A stretch of 64,000 nt of DNA, taken from Eledone cirrhosa (Eukaryota). The notes under the pieces are model-generated. The model had not been told where the DNA came from. It ran no database searches and saw only the letters and a program-made list of their open reading frames with translations. The stretch spans positions 111,662,001 to 111,726,000 of the forward strand of contig OZ024745.1 in assembly GCA_964016885.1 (NCBI GenBank), given 5' to 3'. Every line of letters begins with the position of its first letter. Within the stretch, counting starts at the first letter, position 1. Both the position numbers and the translations under genes were made by a program. Positions 13,265 to 27,129 of the stretch are shown here, piece after piece.

Positions 13265-13735
13265 ATAATTGTTTCTACTTTTGGCACAAAGCCAGAAATT
13301 ACCCAGTGCATTACTGGTACTTTATTTTATCAACCCCGTAAGGATGAAAGGCAAAGTTAACCTCGGCTAGATTTGAACTCAGAATGGCAAGGACCGTAAC
13401 TCTATGCGTCAAAGCATGGCGTCCGACCCTCTACCGATACTGCCAATGCCTTTCATCCTTACGGGGTCGATATAATAAAGTACCAGTAATGCACTGGGTA
13501 ATTTGCTGGCCTTGTGCCAAAAAGTAGAAACAATTATTTTTTAGTGGATTGGCAGTATCGGTAGAGAGTCGGACGCCATGCTTTGACGCATAAAGTTGCG
13601 GCCCTTTCCATTCTGAGTTCAAATCCCGCCGAGGTCAACTTTGCCTTTCATCCTTACGGGGTCGATAAAATAAAGTACCAGTAATGTACTGGGTAATTGC
13701 TGGTCTTGTGCCAAAAGTAGAAACAATTATTTTTT
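13265..13735. mobile_element. SINE family N cluster: minus copy, inverted partial copy, plus copy
   Basis: 13265..13450 (-), 13447..13540 (+, 3-prime half), 13543..13735 (+). Confidence 0.85.
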
Positions 13736-14369
13736 TAATAATGATCTAAAGATGTATGTACCCATAATTCCCGATGGAGATGTAGGGGCACCATATTGAC
13801 ATACAGCATCTCTTAGGCATTTCTAAACCTGGTGAAGTCCATCTTTTCTCTAGCTCTGAACACAGCAGATTTCTTTCAGAGAAGGATAGAGAGTGAATGA
13901 AAGGGAGTGAGAAAGATATAGAGTAAGAATCAGCCCTAGTACTAGTCTGGTACTTTTTTTATCAACCTCGAAAGGATGAAAGGCAAAGTTGACTTTGCCA
14001 AGATTTGAACGCAAGGAGCAGAGAGCCGGAACTGATGCCACAAAGCAGTCTATCCGACATTCTAACAATTTCTGGTTATAAACCACCTAAATTTGTAATT
14101 AATCAAAACAACGATGACACCAAATAAATAAATATTGATTACAATTTTATTTCACATTAATTTTCCTCATGAGATAACTTCTATAATATTTCTATTTTAG
14201 AAGACAATATTATCAGTAAACTAAATTTGAACATTAAGTCCCATGTCACGTCGTGGAAATAAGTCTAGGCATATTTCATTCTCATATTCATAGATATTAT
14301 CGTGTTTCTCTTCCACAGCTTTACTTATCGCATGTAAATTATTCTATTCTATTCCTTTTATTTCTAAAC

Positions 14370-14670
14370 AATTCCATGTCCGTGGACATGCTTACAAAAT
14401 CAGAAAACAGTACCGCCCCCATTACTTTCGGAAACATTTTTCACATTCAAAGTTGCTGAAGCATGGAACAAACTACCTGCATCAGTTGTTAGCTATCGAG
14501 ACACTGCATCCTTCAAAACTTCCATGCTTCACGAAATCTGCCAACACTATACCTGATATTCCCCACTCTATACACTCGCATGCATGTATCTGTGTGTATA
14601 TCATGACCCATACCCTGTTCCCTTTCCTGACATTTGTAAATTATTCTATGTACTATACATGCACCTTTGA
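14370..14670 (+). mobile_element. CR1-like LINE 3-prime fragment
   Basis: Homologous to the end of the CR1 at 36733..37672 (gttgctgaagcatggaacaaactacctgcatcagttgttagc). Confidence 0.8.
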
Positions 14671-17600
14671 AAAGTAAAGTTGACCTCAGTGGAATTTGAA
14701 CTCAGAGCTGAGAGAGCTGGGCATTCTGTTTGATGTTCTAACAACAACCAATTCATCACCATGGTGAATAGGTAGGAAGAGTACAAAACATAACTATATA
14801 TCTTAGTTATTAATCTCTTCTAGTTGTATTATGAACTGAAAGTTCACCAGACATGGCTCTGTGGTTAAGAAATTTACTTTGGAACTACAGGCTTTCAGGT
14901 TCAATTCCACTGAATGATACCAAATGTCTTATGTTATAGCCCCAGGTTGAACAATGCCTTGTGAGTGATTTCGGTAGATGGGTACTGTAAGAAAAATTGT
15001 TATGTATGTGCGTGTGTGTGTACATGTGTGTATGTATACATATCATCATCATCAACATTTGACATCTGTTTTCCCATAAAACGTATGCTCTCACCGCACA
15101 CCACTATTCTACATGGAAAAGCAGATGTTAAAAACGATGATGATGGTGATAGAGTGAGGACTTAGCTTTTTATGCTTTAGGGATTCACAAAACCAGTATC
15201 AATAAACCCATGCATTCAATGTCAAGTTGGAAGAGCATCCAGCTGCAGAAAAGCATGCCAAAAATTAAATGTATGAGCAAAACGTGTTCAGCTAGTGTGT
15301 CTCAACTCATATTGTGCAAGCATGGGAAATAGACATATGATGATGATGATTCAGTTTCATTGGCTGTACCAAATTCACAAAGCCAAACAAAAACAATAGC
15401 TGGATTGATTTTGTTTTACCAAGCAAACTTGGCACAGTCAATTAAATTACAAGTTGCTCAAGCCAATGAGAAAGCCTCTGCATGTTGTTATAGCTCACAC
15501 CAACATATATGTTTAGTTGGCCTCCAGTGAGGCTGCATCTTACAAGGGGTTTCTTGTGTGTTTTTATAACAGGAGGCTTCAGCCCTATCATGTCACTATT
15601 TTTTTCTGTATTAGCAGATGGGATTTGAACTCGGAATGCACAGAACTGGAATAGATATCACAATGCAGCATGTCTGACTTTCATAACTCTGCCAATCCCC
15701 CACCCTAGTGTGGTACTTTATTTATCAACCACACAATGATAGGAGGCACATGGCCTAATAGTAAAGGTATTAGACTTACAATCATAATCTCGTAGGTTCG
15801 ATTCCTGGACTGGGTTGTGTATTGTGCTCTTTAGCAAAAAACTTCATTTTACATTGCTCCAGTATACTCAGCTGAAAATGATTGCCAGTAATAGCTGAGA
15901 CTTTAACCCTGTGATGGACTGGCATCTTGTCCAAAGGGGAATCTTGTACTCTGTCACTTAACACCATGGAAACCAGGATAGGCTGATGAGCCTGCAGGCT
16001 CAATATAGACTTTAAACTTTTTTTTTTAGACAAAACAATGAAAGTCAAAAATAATCTCAGCAGAATTTGTAATCAGAGTGCAGACAGCCAGAACTAATAT
16101 CAGAAAGAATTTAATTTAACGCTCTAACAACTTGCTGCCTCAGCTTCTAACTCAACCTATTAGAAATAGCAGCCAAATCCCATTCAAATTACACCCTACT
16201 GTTTTTTAAAAAAGGATACAATGGAAAATGAGGTACATTATATCTAAGAAAAAAATAAGTAAGCAGAATGTTATTGACTGGAATCTTTTTTGTTCAACCA
16301 GGGCTGAACAACAAATCAATAGATGTATTTGTACCCTGTGAGTACCCAGGAAACAGAAGATAATATCTTCTTAACTAAATATGGATAACAACTTTAATTC
16401 TCAGTTGAAGTATTTTCACTACAAATTTCATTGCAAAGGTATAAATGCCACAACAACCCACCCTAAACCAGAATTTTAATACAATATATGAAATAAAAAT
16501 TGTTTGATAAAATGAAAAAACATATATTAAATTCCTAGATGGGTTGGAAGGTTACATCTCATTCATATGTTCCATTTTTTGGCATGGTTTCTATGACTGG
16601 CTGCCCTGCCTAACAAAAACAACTTTACAGTGTGCACTAGGTGAGTTTTATCATGGCACTAACTCTAGAGAAGTTACCAAGTCCTCACCAAAACTAACGT
16701 TTACCCTTTATACTATACTGTCTCTGCTTACTCGCCAACCACTTTGTATTTTATCATGGTACCAACACTAGAGCAGACGTCTTGTCTCCTGCAAGGCTAA
16801 AGAATCCTTTCCTCTCAAATGATGATACAGGGCTAATCCCCCAGCCACCGGACCACAACTGATTATGAGAACTGCTATGGCTGAAGTAGGATTGTACAAA
16901 TCCAGGGATAAAATATGTGATGGCATTTGAAAGATAATTTAGATGTAAATATAAACTTTAAATAAGCAGTGAATTGGCAGAGTCGTTCGAACGTCAAATA
17001 GAATGTTTTGTGGTATTCATTTATGCTCTCTTTGTTCTGGGTTCAAATCCCAACTTTACCTTTCATCGTTCTGAGGTCGATAAAAAAAGGACAAATCTAT
17101 TACTGGGGTAGATTCTTTTTCTATAACTCTTTCACACTTCATCTCTCTCTCTCTCTTTTTCTCTGGAATAAATCAGTTGTGTTCAGACCTGGAGTTGAGA
17201 TGAGCTCTGCTAGATTTTAAAAGTATCCACAAAACACTGAATGTCACTACGGCGCTCCTACTAATCCACAAGAATTTATAGGTGAAAAAAGAAGATAGAT
17301 TTAAAATATGTAGTTAATTGTCTGAAAATTATATTAAAACCTTCAAAAGTTATGAAGCATGAGTAGCTACAAACATTTCATCCAGTGTCACTACTATTTG
17401 AAATTCCTATAAATTCATCATTTCGTAAAATATTTATATGCAGATTTTAACTTCTTTTAATTACATTAATGAGATGAATACAACTGGTGTTTAGTTTTGG
17501 TTCTGTGTCTTACAGTTTCTTGGAAGAAATAATTAGGCAAAGTAAATATTTAGTGCATGATTTGAGATAGGAGACTCAGTAAAAAGCATTTAGTGAATCT

Positions 17601-19889
17601 TGATAGAGGGGGGGGGGGGGTATTTCAATTTTAGTAAGGGAGACAACTCACATTTCGCAACTTGAATCACATGACGATTGTTATTTCAAAGGAATCGAGG
17701 CTTATGTTGAAACGAGAAAAAAAAAGAAATATGTTTATGGGCGAGAAATTGTAGTGTGTTAGTGAATGAATGTTTGCCAATCAGCCAATGGCCAACTTTT
17801 ACTTCTTTTACATGCAGTCTATAGTAGTTGTGTATGTAGTAGCCGAATATAAAACATGAGCAGGGAGGGATTTCAGAGGATAATGTTTAGGAGAAAAAAG
17901 TAGTTAGTGGGTAACAAGTAAGTTGGATGAGCCTGAATAAAAGTGGCTTGGGATCAGCCAACTTCGAGAAACAGAGGTCACTATAACAGTAGAATAGAGA
18001 GAGGGGGAGAAAGAGAGCACATCTGTAGGTCAGAGATTAAGTCTAACTTTAAATTTGTAGGTGGTTTGCAAACTAATCAAGGCTGGTCTTAAAGTGGAAA
18101 CTTAGTCTTTACTGTGCAGATTTGGTGATGTTATGTTATGAAGGCGCATGAGGTTGCGTGTTTGATTCCCAAACAGAGCAATGCATTATATATACTGTAG
18201 TGCACCTAAGCACTGTACACAATAACTTTCATCCTTATGTCCTTGAGCAAAACATTTTATTTCACGTTGCTCCTTCTGCTAGGAGTTGTGATCAGTAAGT
18301 GAATGAGGTCTGGGAACTTGTCGATCGATTCCATTTATATAGGTACAGTCATCATGAAAGATCACATCTGTAATAACTCTAAGGATATAATTGTATATAA
18401 TTCGTTTATATGGAAGTTGTGCTGTTCATGTGTAGAGAGAGTGGTGTATAAGACTGTTTTCTTTGTGTCTTTGCACAAGAAAGAGGACTACACTGGTTTT
18501 GACATGTGATACATATGGATTGGATGAAGAATGTTAGGTGAAGAAGTGGAAGGTAGCTGTAGTAGAGGAAGAGTGAGAAAGGTGGTTACAGCTGATCTCA
18601 AAACACTGAACATTACAGAGGAGATGAAGAAGGAACAATGTGAGTGGAGAGAGGCTATGCTGTAGAGGACTTGTCCAACCCATGCAAGTAAGAAAAAGTG
18701 GATATAAAATGATGATGATGATGCCAAAAGAGATTAAATAGTCATGTTCCAGTTAAAAGATTTTCTCCAGTTAAAAGTTTTTATTCATAGAAACAAACTG
18801 TTGAATGCATGTACATGACACCTGTGAATAGCTGGTAAGGAAAGAGTGAAGTGTGTGTTCATTATCACCATTATTTGACTGTAGTAACAGATGGCTACAA
18901 TCCTGACTACACCTATTGCAGCTCCCATAATCAGTTGTGACCCCATGGCTGGGTGATTAGCCCTGTATCATCATCATCACCATTATTTGAGTGGTTCTGT
19001 GCCTGGGTGATTAGCTCTGTATCATCATCATCATCACCACTATTTGACTGTAGTAGGAAATGGCTACAATCCTACTTCACCTATTATTGCAGCTCTCATA
19101 ATCAGTTGTGGTTCTGTGCCTGGGTGATTAGCTCTGTATCACCATTATTTAACAGATGACTACAATCCTACTTCATCCATAGCAGCTCTCATAATCAGTT
19201 GTGGTCCCATGGCTAGATGGTTAGCCTTGATCATTAGAAGGATTTGAATCCCCAGATGGAATTTGAACTGAGAACACAAAAAGCCAGAATAAATTCCACA
19301 TGCCATCTTGTCTAATGCTCTATCAATTCCACCAATCCATTGTTGCTCTGGACTGGTACTTATTTGATTGATGCCTCCCCCTCCACCAAAAAAGGATGTA
19401 AAGCAAAGTTAACCTCACTGGGATTTGAACTCTAAGTGCTGTGAGCCAAAGCAGATAACACAAGATATAATAATAATATATAATGAAAATGATTGTGTAC
19501 AGTGCTCAGGTGCTCTACAACTCATCAAAGGTGCATGTATAGTACATAGAATAATTTACAAATATTCAATCCAACACCCTAATTACTCTGGTAATTTGCC
19601 ACCTTATAGTAAGAGAAAATGGTGTGTTACTATTTGCATAGAGGTGTGTTGTTAGGAGCAACAGTAAATCATTCATCATCATTTAACATCTATTTTCCAT
19701 GCTAGCATGAATAGGACAGGCTGTCCCTTTGGGAGAGATCAGGTCAGAGGGCTGCGTTTCGCTGACAGAACTCATTTTGGCTTGGTTTCTACGGTTGGAT
19801 GCCCTTCCTAATACCATGTGTTACCATTTGCAGAGAGATGTGTTGTTAGCAGCAACAGTAAATCATTAGTGACAGTAATTAAAAGTCAT

Positions 19890-20900
19890 TAATGTATAGA
19901 AGGAAGAGTTTAGGTGACATTAGAAAACCTTGAATTGATAGAATAAAAGTCAGAGAGAGCTTTATAAATATTTGCAACAATCCAACAGGAATCTTCCTGA
20001 TACAAAAGAAAATGAGAAATGGATGAAACCCAGATGTCGATATCAGATATGGTTGGAGATTTTCTTACTGCCAAGTGCACTGTTCCTTTTTGCCAAAGTT
20101 CCAAATGTCAATGGGGCACTCATGAGATATTGAAGACCGAGTCTGCAGTAAGTAGATCTGGATCTATGGAAGTCATTCTGGTAATAACTGAGGAGGAAGA
20201 GAGGCTCAAAGTATAGTGAAAGGTGATTATTACAGCTGTTTCCATCACCTTTGAGATGTTAGATGTGGAAGCAAAATGTCAGTAACTGGTAAGATCAAAG
20301 AGATCATCCTTTTTGAAGATCAGATATGTTATAGATTATATGCAGAGACTGAGAGGAGAGGAGAGCTATTGAAGGGACTTCATTGAGAAAAGGAGCCCAA
20401 TGTTTGAGGATGGTAGAAGGAAGTAGTGTTAGGAGCAATCACTTTGTTGGTTTAGAGCAATCAGAGTTGTTGTATATTGACGGCTGTGTGTGTGCAATTG
20501 ATACTATTGGAGTATACAGAAGAGGAGTTTGGGCAGGATTTTTTTAGAGCCTGCATTGCAGGAATGAAGGTGAAGCAAATAGCTTTCTGACATAAGTAGC
20601 AAATAACTTTTTTAGTGAGGAGGATTATGTGAACAGAATCCTTCTGGTTGAGAAATAATGAGCACGAAGATTCGTCAAAGTCAGTAGAACCCATCTTGAC
20701 AAATACCAGAAAATTCTTTTACAATTTGGAAAGAGCTTACAGGCTATGAGATACACAATGATATCCTTTCCTTTACTAATGGGAGTCTTGAAGGTATGTC
20801 AGAATTGTGTGACTTAATTCAGGTGTTTTAGGAAGTGTTGTTTGCCTGTATTCCATAACCACAGTAGATACAGGTAAACTCTTCACAATCCTTTGTCGAT
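19890..20900 (-). mobile_element. Heavily decayed LINE RT region (CR1/Jockey group)
   Basis: Remnants such as TSNISKVMETAV and a following ALDISK-like segment, with many stops. Confidence 0.5.
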
Positions 20901-21099
20901 GTGAAGGGATATGCCTAGAAAGATGGATTCAGTTACCCACTTAACTGTCTTAATGTAAAGAGGGACTGGGTAAAGGTTAGACCAAAATCTGAAGCACGTA
21001 AATTAAAAACAGGAAGGTGCAGTATATGGTATACTGTTGATATATTATTTCCATTCAATGAGTGGCGAATCTGGATAGTTCGAGAAATGAATAACAAAC

Positions 21100-21900
21100 G
21101 TCCCTCCTCCTCCTCCCCAAGCTGACGTCAAGTCCCCCCCAGAGTATTTGGGATGCCATCCAGTGCAACCTGGCCTCAGACAGGCCAGTGCGCCAGCTCG
21201 ACCAGCACCACCTTGCATCTTTTCACGCGGCCTCACAACCCCCACAGAGGTGCCTGGCTCCGTGCCTTACCCTCCTTCTTCATTGGCCATTGGCACGCAT
21301 CTGGACAACGATAGCCTGCGCATCGGAGTTTACCTGAGGCTTGGCCTCTGGATCTGCGAGCCACACAAATGTCACTGTGGATCCACCGTGAGCTCTTTCT
21401 GTCTCCACCCACTTTTCTGTCGCTACAGTGCTGGCCGCCTTCCACGAAATCATAAAGCATGGTTTGGATGCTGCAAGCTTCCCCTCCCAGCTCGAGCCGG
21501 TGGGGCTGAACCAAGGGGACGACAAAAGGCCAGATGGTATGACCATATTCCCATTCCGTGGTGGCAAACCCTTCGTCTGGGATGCCACTTGCAGCGACAC
21601 TTTCTCCAGCCGCAACCTGGTGCAGTCAGCGACTAACCCAGGTTCTGCTGCACTTCGGGCTGAGGAGGGCAAACTCTCCAAGTATCAGTCGCTCTCCGAC
21701 AGGTCATGCCCCTAGCAGTGGAGACTTCTGGTGTCCTCGGCTCTAGGGCTACCTCCCTACTTACCACCATAGGCACTGAGCTGGCTCTCTGCAGGTGTGA
21801 GCCTCGCGAGGTGGAATGGCTCTTCCAGCGCATCTCCCTTACCATTCTCCGGGGAAACGCCTTCTAGATTCTGTCCGCCCGAGCTGTGGGACGGCCATCA
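21100..21900 (+). mobile_element. CRE-type non-LTR retrotransposon C-terminal fragment (zinc knuckle plus restriction-like endonuclease), frameshifted
   Basis: LRLGLWICEPHKCHCG...HPLFC..AGR, EPVGL..DDKRPDGMT..P...GKPFVWDATCSDT, AEEGKLSKY, AVETSG, QRISLTILRGNA across three frames; GC-rich relative to flanks. Confidence 0.85.
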
Positions 21901-22416
21901 CGTGGGACCCTATTTGCTCATAATACAGAGATGGGGAGAACGAGAGAGATGGAGGAGATGACAGTGGGAGGTCGGCTCTTCCGTGTTCGGACACATCAAT
22001 TCTATGTTGTTGTTGATACTTAAATATCCGACCATTATTCCTTCATTAATACATCAGTAAGGGTAATGTATTTACGTTCGTACATAGAAATAATAACATT
22101 GATGAGTTGACCCCCCTTGCGACATTACCCTTCGTGTTTTTTAGACACGGTGTATCTCGAACTATATTATAAGGTTTTTGCTTTTTTAAAGATGATAGGG
22201 TGTTGTTGGGAGTCACTTAGGTGCTATTTCTAGCAGGTTAAATGACAGGGTGAAGTATCAGCTGTATAACACGAACATTGACAGTAATAAATATCAATAA
22301 ATTTTCTTTCTATTACTTAATTGAAACTATTCGCTTTCATGTATGTAAGAAAATAACTGCAACAAAGAATTTCTATCAAAGAATATTAAAATATAAATAA
22401 GTAAGAGCGAACCTAC

Positions 22417-22555
22417 CTGATTTCAATGACACCGGAGGGTACTCTTAAAACACATGTAAGTGTGTTAGCAACAGCACCGGCGGTGTAAATTCTGAATACA
22501 TACCCTCTTAAAAACTCTATTACATTATGTGCACATGGACACAACGAAAGTATTT
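22417..22555 (-). CDS. Exon of an unidentified antisense gene (EILSLCPCAHNVIEFLRGYVFRIYTAGAVANTLTCVLRVPSGVIEI)
   Basis: attatag acceptor, CAG|GTAGGT donor, 139 nt open in phase 1, matching the phase-1 donor of the 26919 exon. Confidence 0.55.
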
Positions 22556-22890
22556 CTATAATATTTTTAAATTAAAATGCAAATATGTAATTAAAACGCA
22601 TCTTTCTGAAATCAGTTTTTCTCGTTATCTCGTAGGTTAGTGGCAAAATAAAAGGCTATTCAGTGTTTCTTTTTGCTAAAAGCAAATTATTATTCAAAGA
22701 TATACTATTAGGGGTGTTTTTTATTATCTACAAATTGCATCAAGTATTAATCTGCAGCATATTTATAAAAACTATTATTCGGTTTATGTAAAGGGACACT
22801 CAATAGCTATCAAGGTTATAAATGCAAGGGAGATAACTAATAACTCTTGTTAGTCAATTTAATGTAAACAATATATTGTGATAGTTCATC

Positions 22891-24154
22891 ATGTTGTTTC
22901 AGCTTTCCTATTCAGTCAAAAGAATTATATACAATAAGGTAAGGAAACAGATTTCAAAATCTCTGTACGAGATATGCAGCACAAATAATGTGATTCGTTT
23001 TGATTATCCGCGATTCGATGCTTCAAAAATACGTCTTTTATCCACCGTACCCAACATCGGACTTTCTCAAAATGACATTAAGACATCACGAAAAATTACT
23101 AAGAAAGTTTCTCGAAGACAACCAGTTTCATTCAATGTCGGTTATGCTCTTTACAAGTCCTTAGCACTTTCAAAATATATACACCTTGTGGAAAATATGG
23201 AAACTTATGAAAAAATGAAAAACTCCGGCAATCAGTCTGCTAAGGAGTTACTTAAACACCTTCAGTCGGTTAGGCCATTATCTGTGCCTAAATTAAAAGA
23301 AATGGAACAAACTGCTATAGGAATTTTTTCTGAATTAGATTTGAACGAAAAGTTTTTAGTTGCTCATATATTTTTCTCGTCTTATTTTCGTTGCCCTAAA
23401 TATTTAAGTACATTATTTGAACACATCGACAACAAATTTGACGAGGTTATTCATGAACAAGGCACGTTACATCTAACCTTGTTCTATATATACTTTCATG
23501 GAAGTGGACCAGAAACTTTATTACAGAAAATCGAAGACCATTTATCTGGAATAGTAAATGACCTTAGTGCAGATGAAATAGGTTTGGCCTGTTTAGGATA
23601 TTTCCGTGCTAACCGAAGAATCTTTTCCTTCAATTTACTTGATGAATTTGCCGAAAAAACACTTTCATACTTAGAGTCAATTAATCCCAATCAGCTTATA
23701 AATGTACTAAAGGCTTTCCGCCACGCTGGTTATTCTAAAGTAAGTTTCTTTGAAAGACTTGCCAAACAATTAATCATGAATAATCTCTTAAATGAATTTA
23801 ATCTTAATCAAATCATGCATATCGTGATGGCATTTGCTTCCAGCAGAATACACCATCCTGCTTTGATTCATCACTGTTTACTGAGAGCTCTGGATGTTGT
23901 CAATTACATGCCATCTATTCGTTCCAAAGAAATAGGTAGGATCATATGGGCTGTGGGAACTTTAGGCATAGCTGAGGCAGATATGTCCATCGTTAAAACT
24001 CTTATAGATATTCATTCACGAATTGAAGATCAAAGCAACAAGGAATACCCAGAATCTGTCTGTGATACTGTTATGGGTTCCATATTTCTTGGAATTTTCC
24101 CACAAAATCTCATCAACTATTTAATGAAAGATGAAAATGTTAAACTATTGCAAG
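22891..24154 (+). CDS. FASTKD5: FAST kinase domain-containing mitochondrial RNA-binding protein (FASTKD5-like), coding exon 1
   Basis: 421 codons plus 1 nt of helical-repeat ORF with basic N-terminus (possible mitochondrial presequence); DEIGLACLGYF, RSKEIGRIIWAVGTL, YPE motifs; donor AAG|GTTTGT. Paralogue assignment is from remembered motifs. Confidence 0.85.
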
Positions 24155-24854
24155 GTTTGTTGTTTGCTTTTCTTTACAGCATTATATGTGGGTACAGTCT
24201 TGTGGTAAGGATATTGGATTTACGATCATAATGTAGTGGGTTCGATTCGTGAACTGGCTTGTGTGTTGTGTTCTTGAGCAAAATACTTCATTTCACGTTG
24301 CTCCAGTATACTCAGCTGAAAATGAGTATGAATAGTAGCTGGGTGTTTAACTCTGCAATGGACTGGCTGAGATTTCCAGGGGGGAAATCTTGTAGCATCA
24401 GCTGCTTAAGGGTAAGAAAATCGGGATAAACACTGGCCTAATGAACCTCAGGGCATGAGACAGACATTAGATAGCATGGTTGAATGGTTAAGAAGTTTGC
24501 TTCGCAATCATTATGTCTTTGGTTCAATCCTGCAGCATGGCATCATAGACAAGTGTCATTTACCATAAGCCTTGGGTCAACCAAAGTGAAATTGGATAGC
24601 TGGATTGGACTGTACTTATAATTCAAAGGCAAGGCTTTGTTGCACATTGTGCCAAACTGAATCTCCCTGACAATTACATTAAGAGAACATGGTCTGTGGA
24701 ATGCTCAACCACCTACACATTAATCTCAACAGTAGGCTGTTCAGTTGATCAAACAACTGGCTCACTCATCGTTGAAACCGATGGAGATCCATTCCAGCAT
24801 TAAACTCATTATTCTCTGAATAAATATTCTGAATACTTGTGACTTAGGTTAGGT

Positions 24855-25070
24855 AACAATTGTTTCTACTTTTAACACAAGGCCAGCAATTTAAAGGGAA
24901 AGGGAATGTCAATTAAGCCGAACCCTATGCATTACCAGTATTTTATTTCATCAACCCCGTAAGGATGAAAGGCAAAGCTAACCTTGCTAGGATTTGAACT
25001 CAGAACATAAAGGGCTGTAACTATATGTTGCAAAGCATGTTGTCTGATGCTCTACTGATTACTGCCATTA
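24855..25070 (-). mobile_element. SINE family N (FASTKD intron 1)
   Basis: Same head/core/tail as 1370..2012. Confidence 0.8.
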
Positions 25071-26011
25071 AATTATGTTGATTTAATTGCTGGCTTTGTG
25101 CCTAAATTAGAAATCAATATTACTCCAGTTGGAAATTGAAACTGTTATTAGACAAATCAGTTGTTTATTTGGAGTATTCCTTTATGTCAATAAATAAAAC
25201 GTTTAATACTAGTTGCCTCTATCTAACTGGAGAATATGCCCCAAGCCTTACAGAAAAATAAGCTGTGGTATCCCTTTTGATAGCAACCCACCCAAAAGCA
25301 GCTTTGGTTCTATGAAACAAAACCACCTACTTTAAAAGATTCCTATTTAAATTGAAATGTTCCTATATAATTTTAGATAAGAACCATATATTAAGTTACT
25401 ATCTTAGTAATGAATTAATGGTTTTAGTAAGTTCCTCAAAATTTTTCTTTTTTACCCACATATTCCTGGGAGGTTTGTGGGACCAGAATCCTCAAAAATG
25501 CCTTCTAGAGGGTCTCATCAGAAGCAACTCTCTCCAATCGTTCCAACTGGATCCCCAAGTGAGACCAACTGAGCTCATGAATTTTATCCGAAATTCCTCA
25601 TTAATTAATTGAAATAGAGTGTATTTCATTAGCAATATAGTCACAAAAGGATTAACTATATAAAATTGTCAGCAGTTGTGACCGGTAGTATCAGCAATGA
25701 AAGGACCAATGGAAACATTGTTTCCATGGTCCAATTTATTGAGATCCACCCCACTTGGTATGCGAATGAGGTCTGGAATCTTGTCAATTGATTTAATCGA
25801 TCAATATTTTTAAAATGCGATTCCACTCAACTGTTACCAGTAACAATAATGAACTGCTTAGAGTTGCATCTAACATTAGTGGTCTTTTAACATAACATCT
25901 GTTGTTGACAGAAAATGTTGATGAATAACACAATCGTGTTTCCACTTACATTTAGTTATTGAATAAAGATGGCTGCAATTTTGCAACTACCAGGTTCATA
26001 TTGTGCAATGC

Positions 26012-26235
26012 TAATATTGTTTCTACTTTAGGCACAAGGCCAGCAATTTGAAGGGGGAGGGAAAAGTCGATTAAATCGACCCCAGTGCTTACTGGTACTT
26101 TATTTTATCAACCTCGTAAGGATGAAAGGCAAAGCTAACCTTGGCGGGATTTTAAATCAGAATGTAAAGGGCCATAATTCTACTCCTTGAAGCATTTGAT
26201 CCAACACTGTACTGATTCTGCCAATCCACCAGCCT
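26012..26235 (-). mobile_element. SINE family N (FASTKD intron 1)
   Basis: Same head/core/tail. Confidence 0.85.
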
Positions 26236-26598
26236 TCATGTTGTCTTCACTTCTTCATCATCATTTAACGTCCATTTTCCCTGCCAGCAAATGTTCAATG
26301 GGTTGTCAGCAGACCATGTCAGTACTCAAGCAGAGCTACTGATATCTCAGTTAAGATGGTTGGGGGGGGGGGGGGGGGTCATCTTTCCTATGTTCCCCCA
26401 CACTACCCAGTGTTCAATGATATTGAAGCCTAGTGATTAACTTTGTCTTTACCAAATTTCTAATTAAAGTAATCATGGGTGGTGGTTTAGTAAAATAACT
26501 AACTTTCTCATTATTAAGTTAGTGTGTGGACATAAATTAACAAAAGTTCTTATATAAACTTATGTGGGAATGTTTTTAGATAAATATAAACACTTTAA

Positions 26599-26819
26599 CC
26601 CTTTAGCGTTTAAACCAGCCATATCCAGCCAGAATTCTCTCACCTCATCCTGTTTAAACCAGCTGTAACTGGCTACTCATACTGATGTTAAGGTATTGTT
26701 CTCAAAATAAATAATATCAAAATCTCATAGATTCGATATTATGTGAAATAATCATGTAAGGTAAAGCCTTTACCATGAAAATATAATAGTAAATATAGAG
26801 TAATGTAAATGCTAAGGGG
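26599..26819. mobile_element. piggyBac-like MITE (about 220 bp) inserted in an older MITE-like repeat
   Basis: TTAA|ccctttagcgttta ... taaatgctaagggg|TTAA; host repeat resembles 32268..32515. Confidence 0.8.
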
Positions 26820-26918
26820 TTAAAACAGTTTTTTTTTTATCATAGAACCTCAGGTGGTTTAGTTAGAAATGTTGAAATCCAAACACATTCACTACAATTA
26901 TAAAATTGAGTAAAGTAC

Positions 26919-27120
26919 CCTGAAGGACAGAAAATAAGTAGTCAGAAGCTACTACAGATGTTCTAATACTATTATCATTATGTGTGAATTTGTGTTTGGA
27001 TTTCAACATTTCTAATTCCAAATCATCCAAACGTCTCGATAAATCGTAAAATTTGTTTACTTCTAGCTCTAAAAGGATTTTTGGATTGTATTGTTCATGT
27101 TCTTCACCTGTGTTTTTCAT
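26919..27120 (-). CDS. Coding part of an antisense exon (MKNTGEE...KFYDLSRRLDDLELEMLKSK...DYLFSVLQ), coiled-coil-like
   Basis: Non-repetitive open frame inside ORF 26863..27183; donor CAGG|GTACTT (weak); best acceptor cctttccttatatttacctttgttag opens the exon at 27215. Confidence 0.5.
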
Positions 27121-27129
27121 TTCATGAAG

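Noticed and set aside
15980-16010. CTGATGA followed by a hairpin as a hammerhead
   Set aside because: No GAAA or stem III; part of a SINE tail
16373-16462. Phase-2 minus segment as next exon of the antisense gene
   Set aside because: Phase fits, but it is short, ends in a stop and has no independent support
24155-24231. C-terminus of the 446-aa ORF as a single-exon gene
   Set aside because: Read-through into intron and a SINE head; FAST and RAP motifs are in downstream exons
26863-26918. Hydrophobic tail suggesting a tail-anchored (MFF-like) protein
   Set aside because: Probably intron read-through that ends in a MITE terminus; splicing to 22555 explains the frame better
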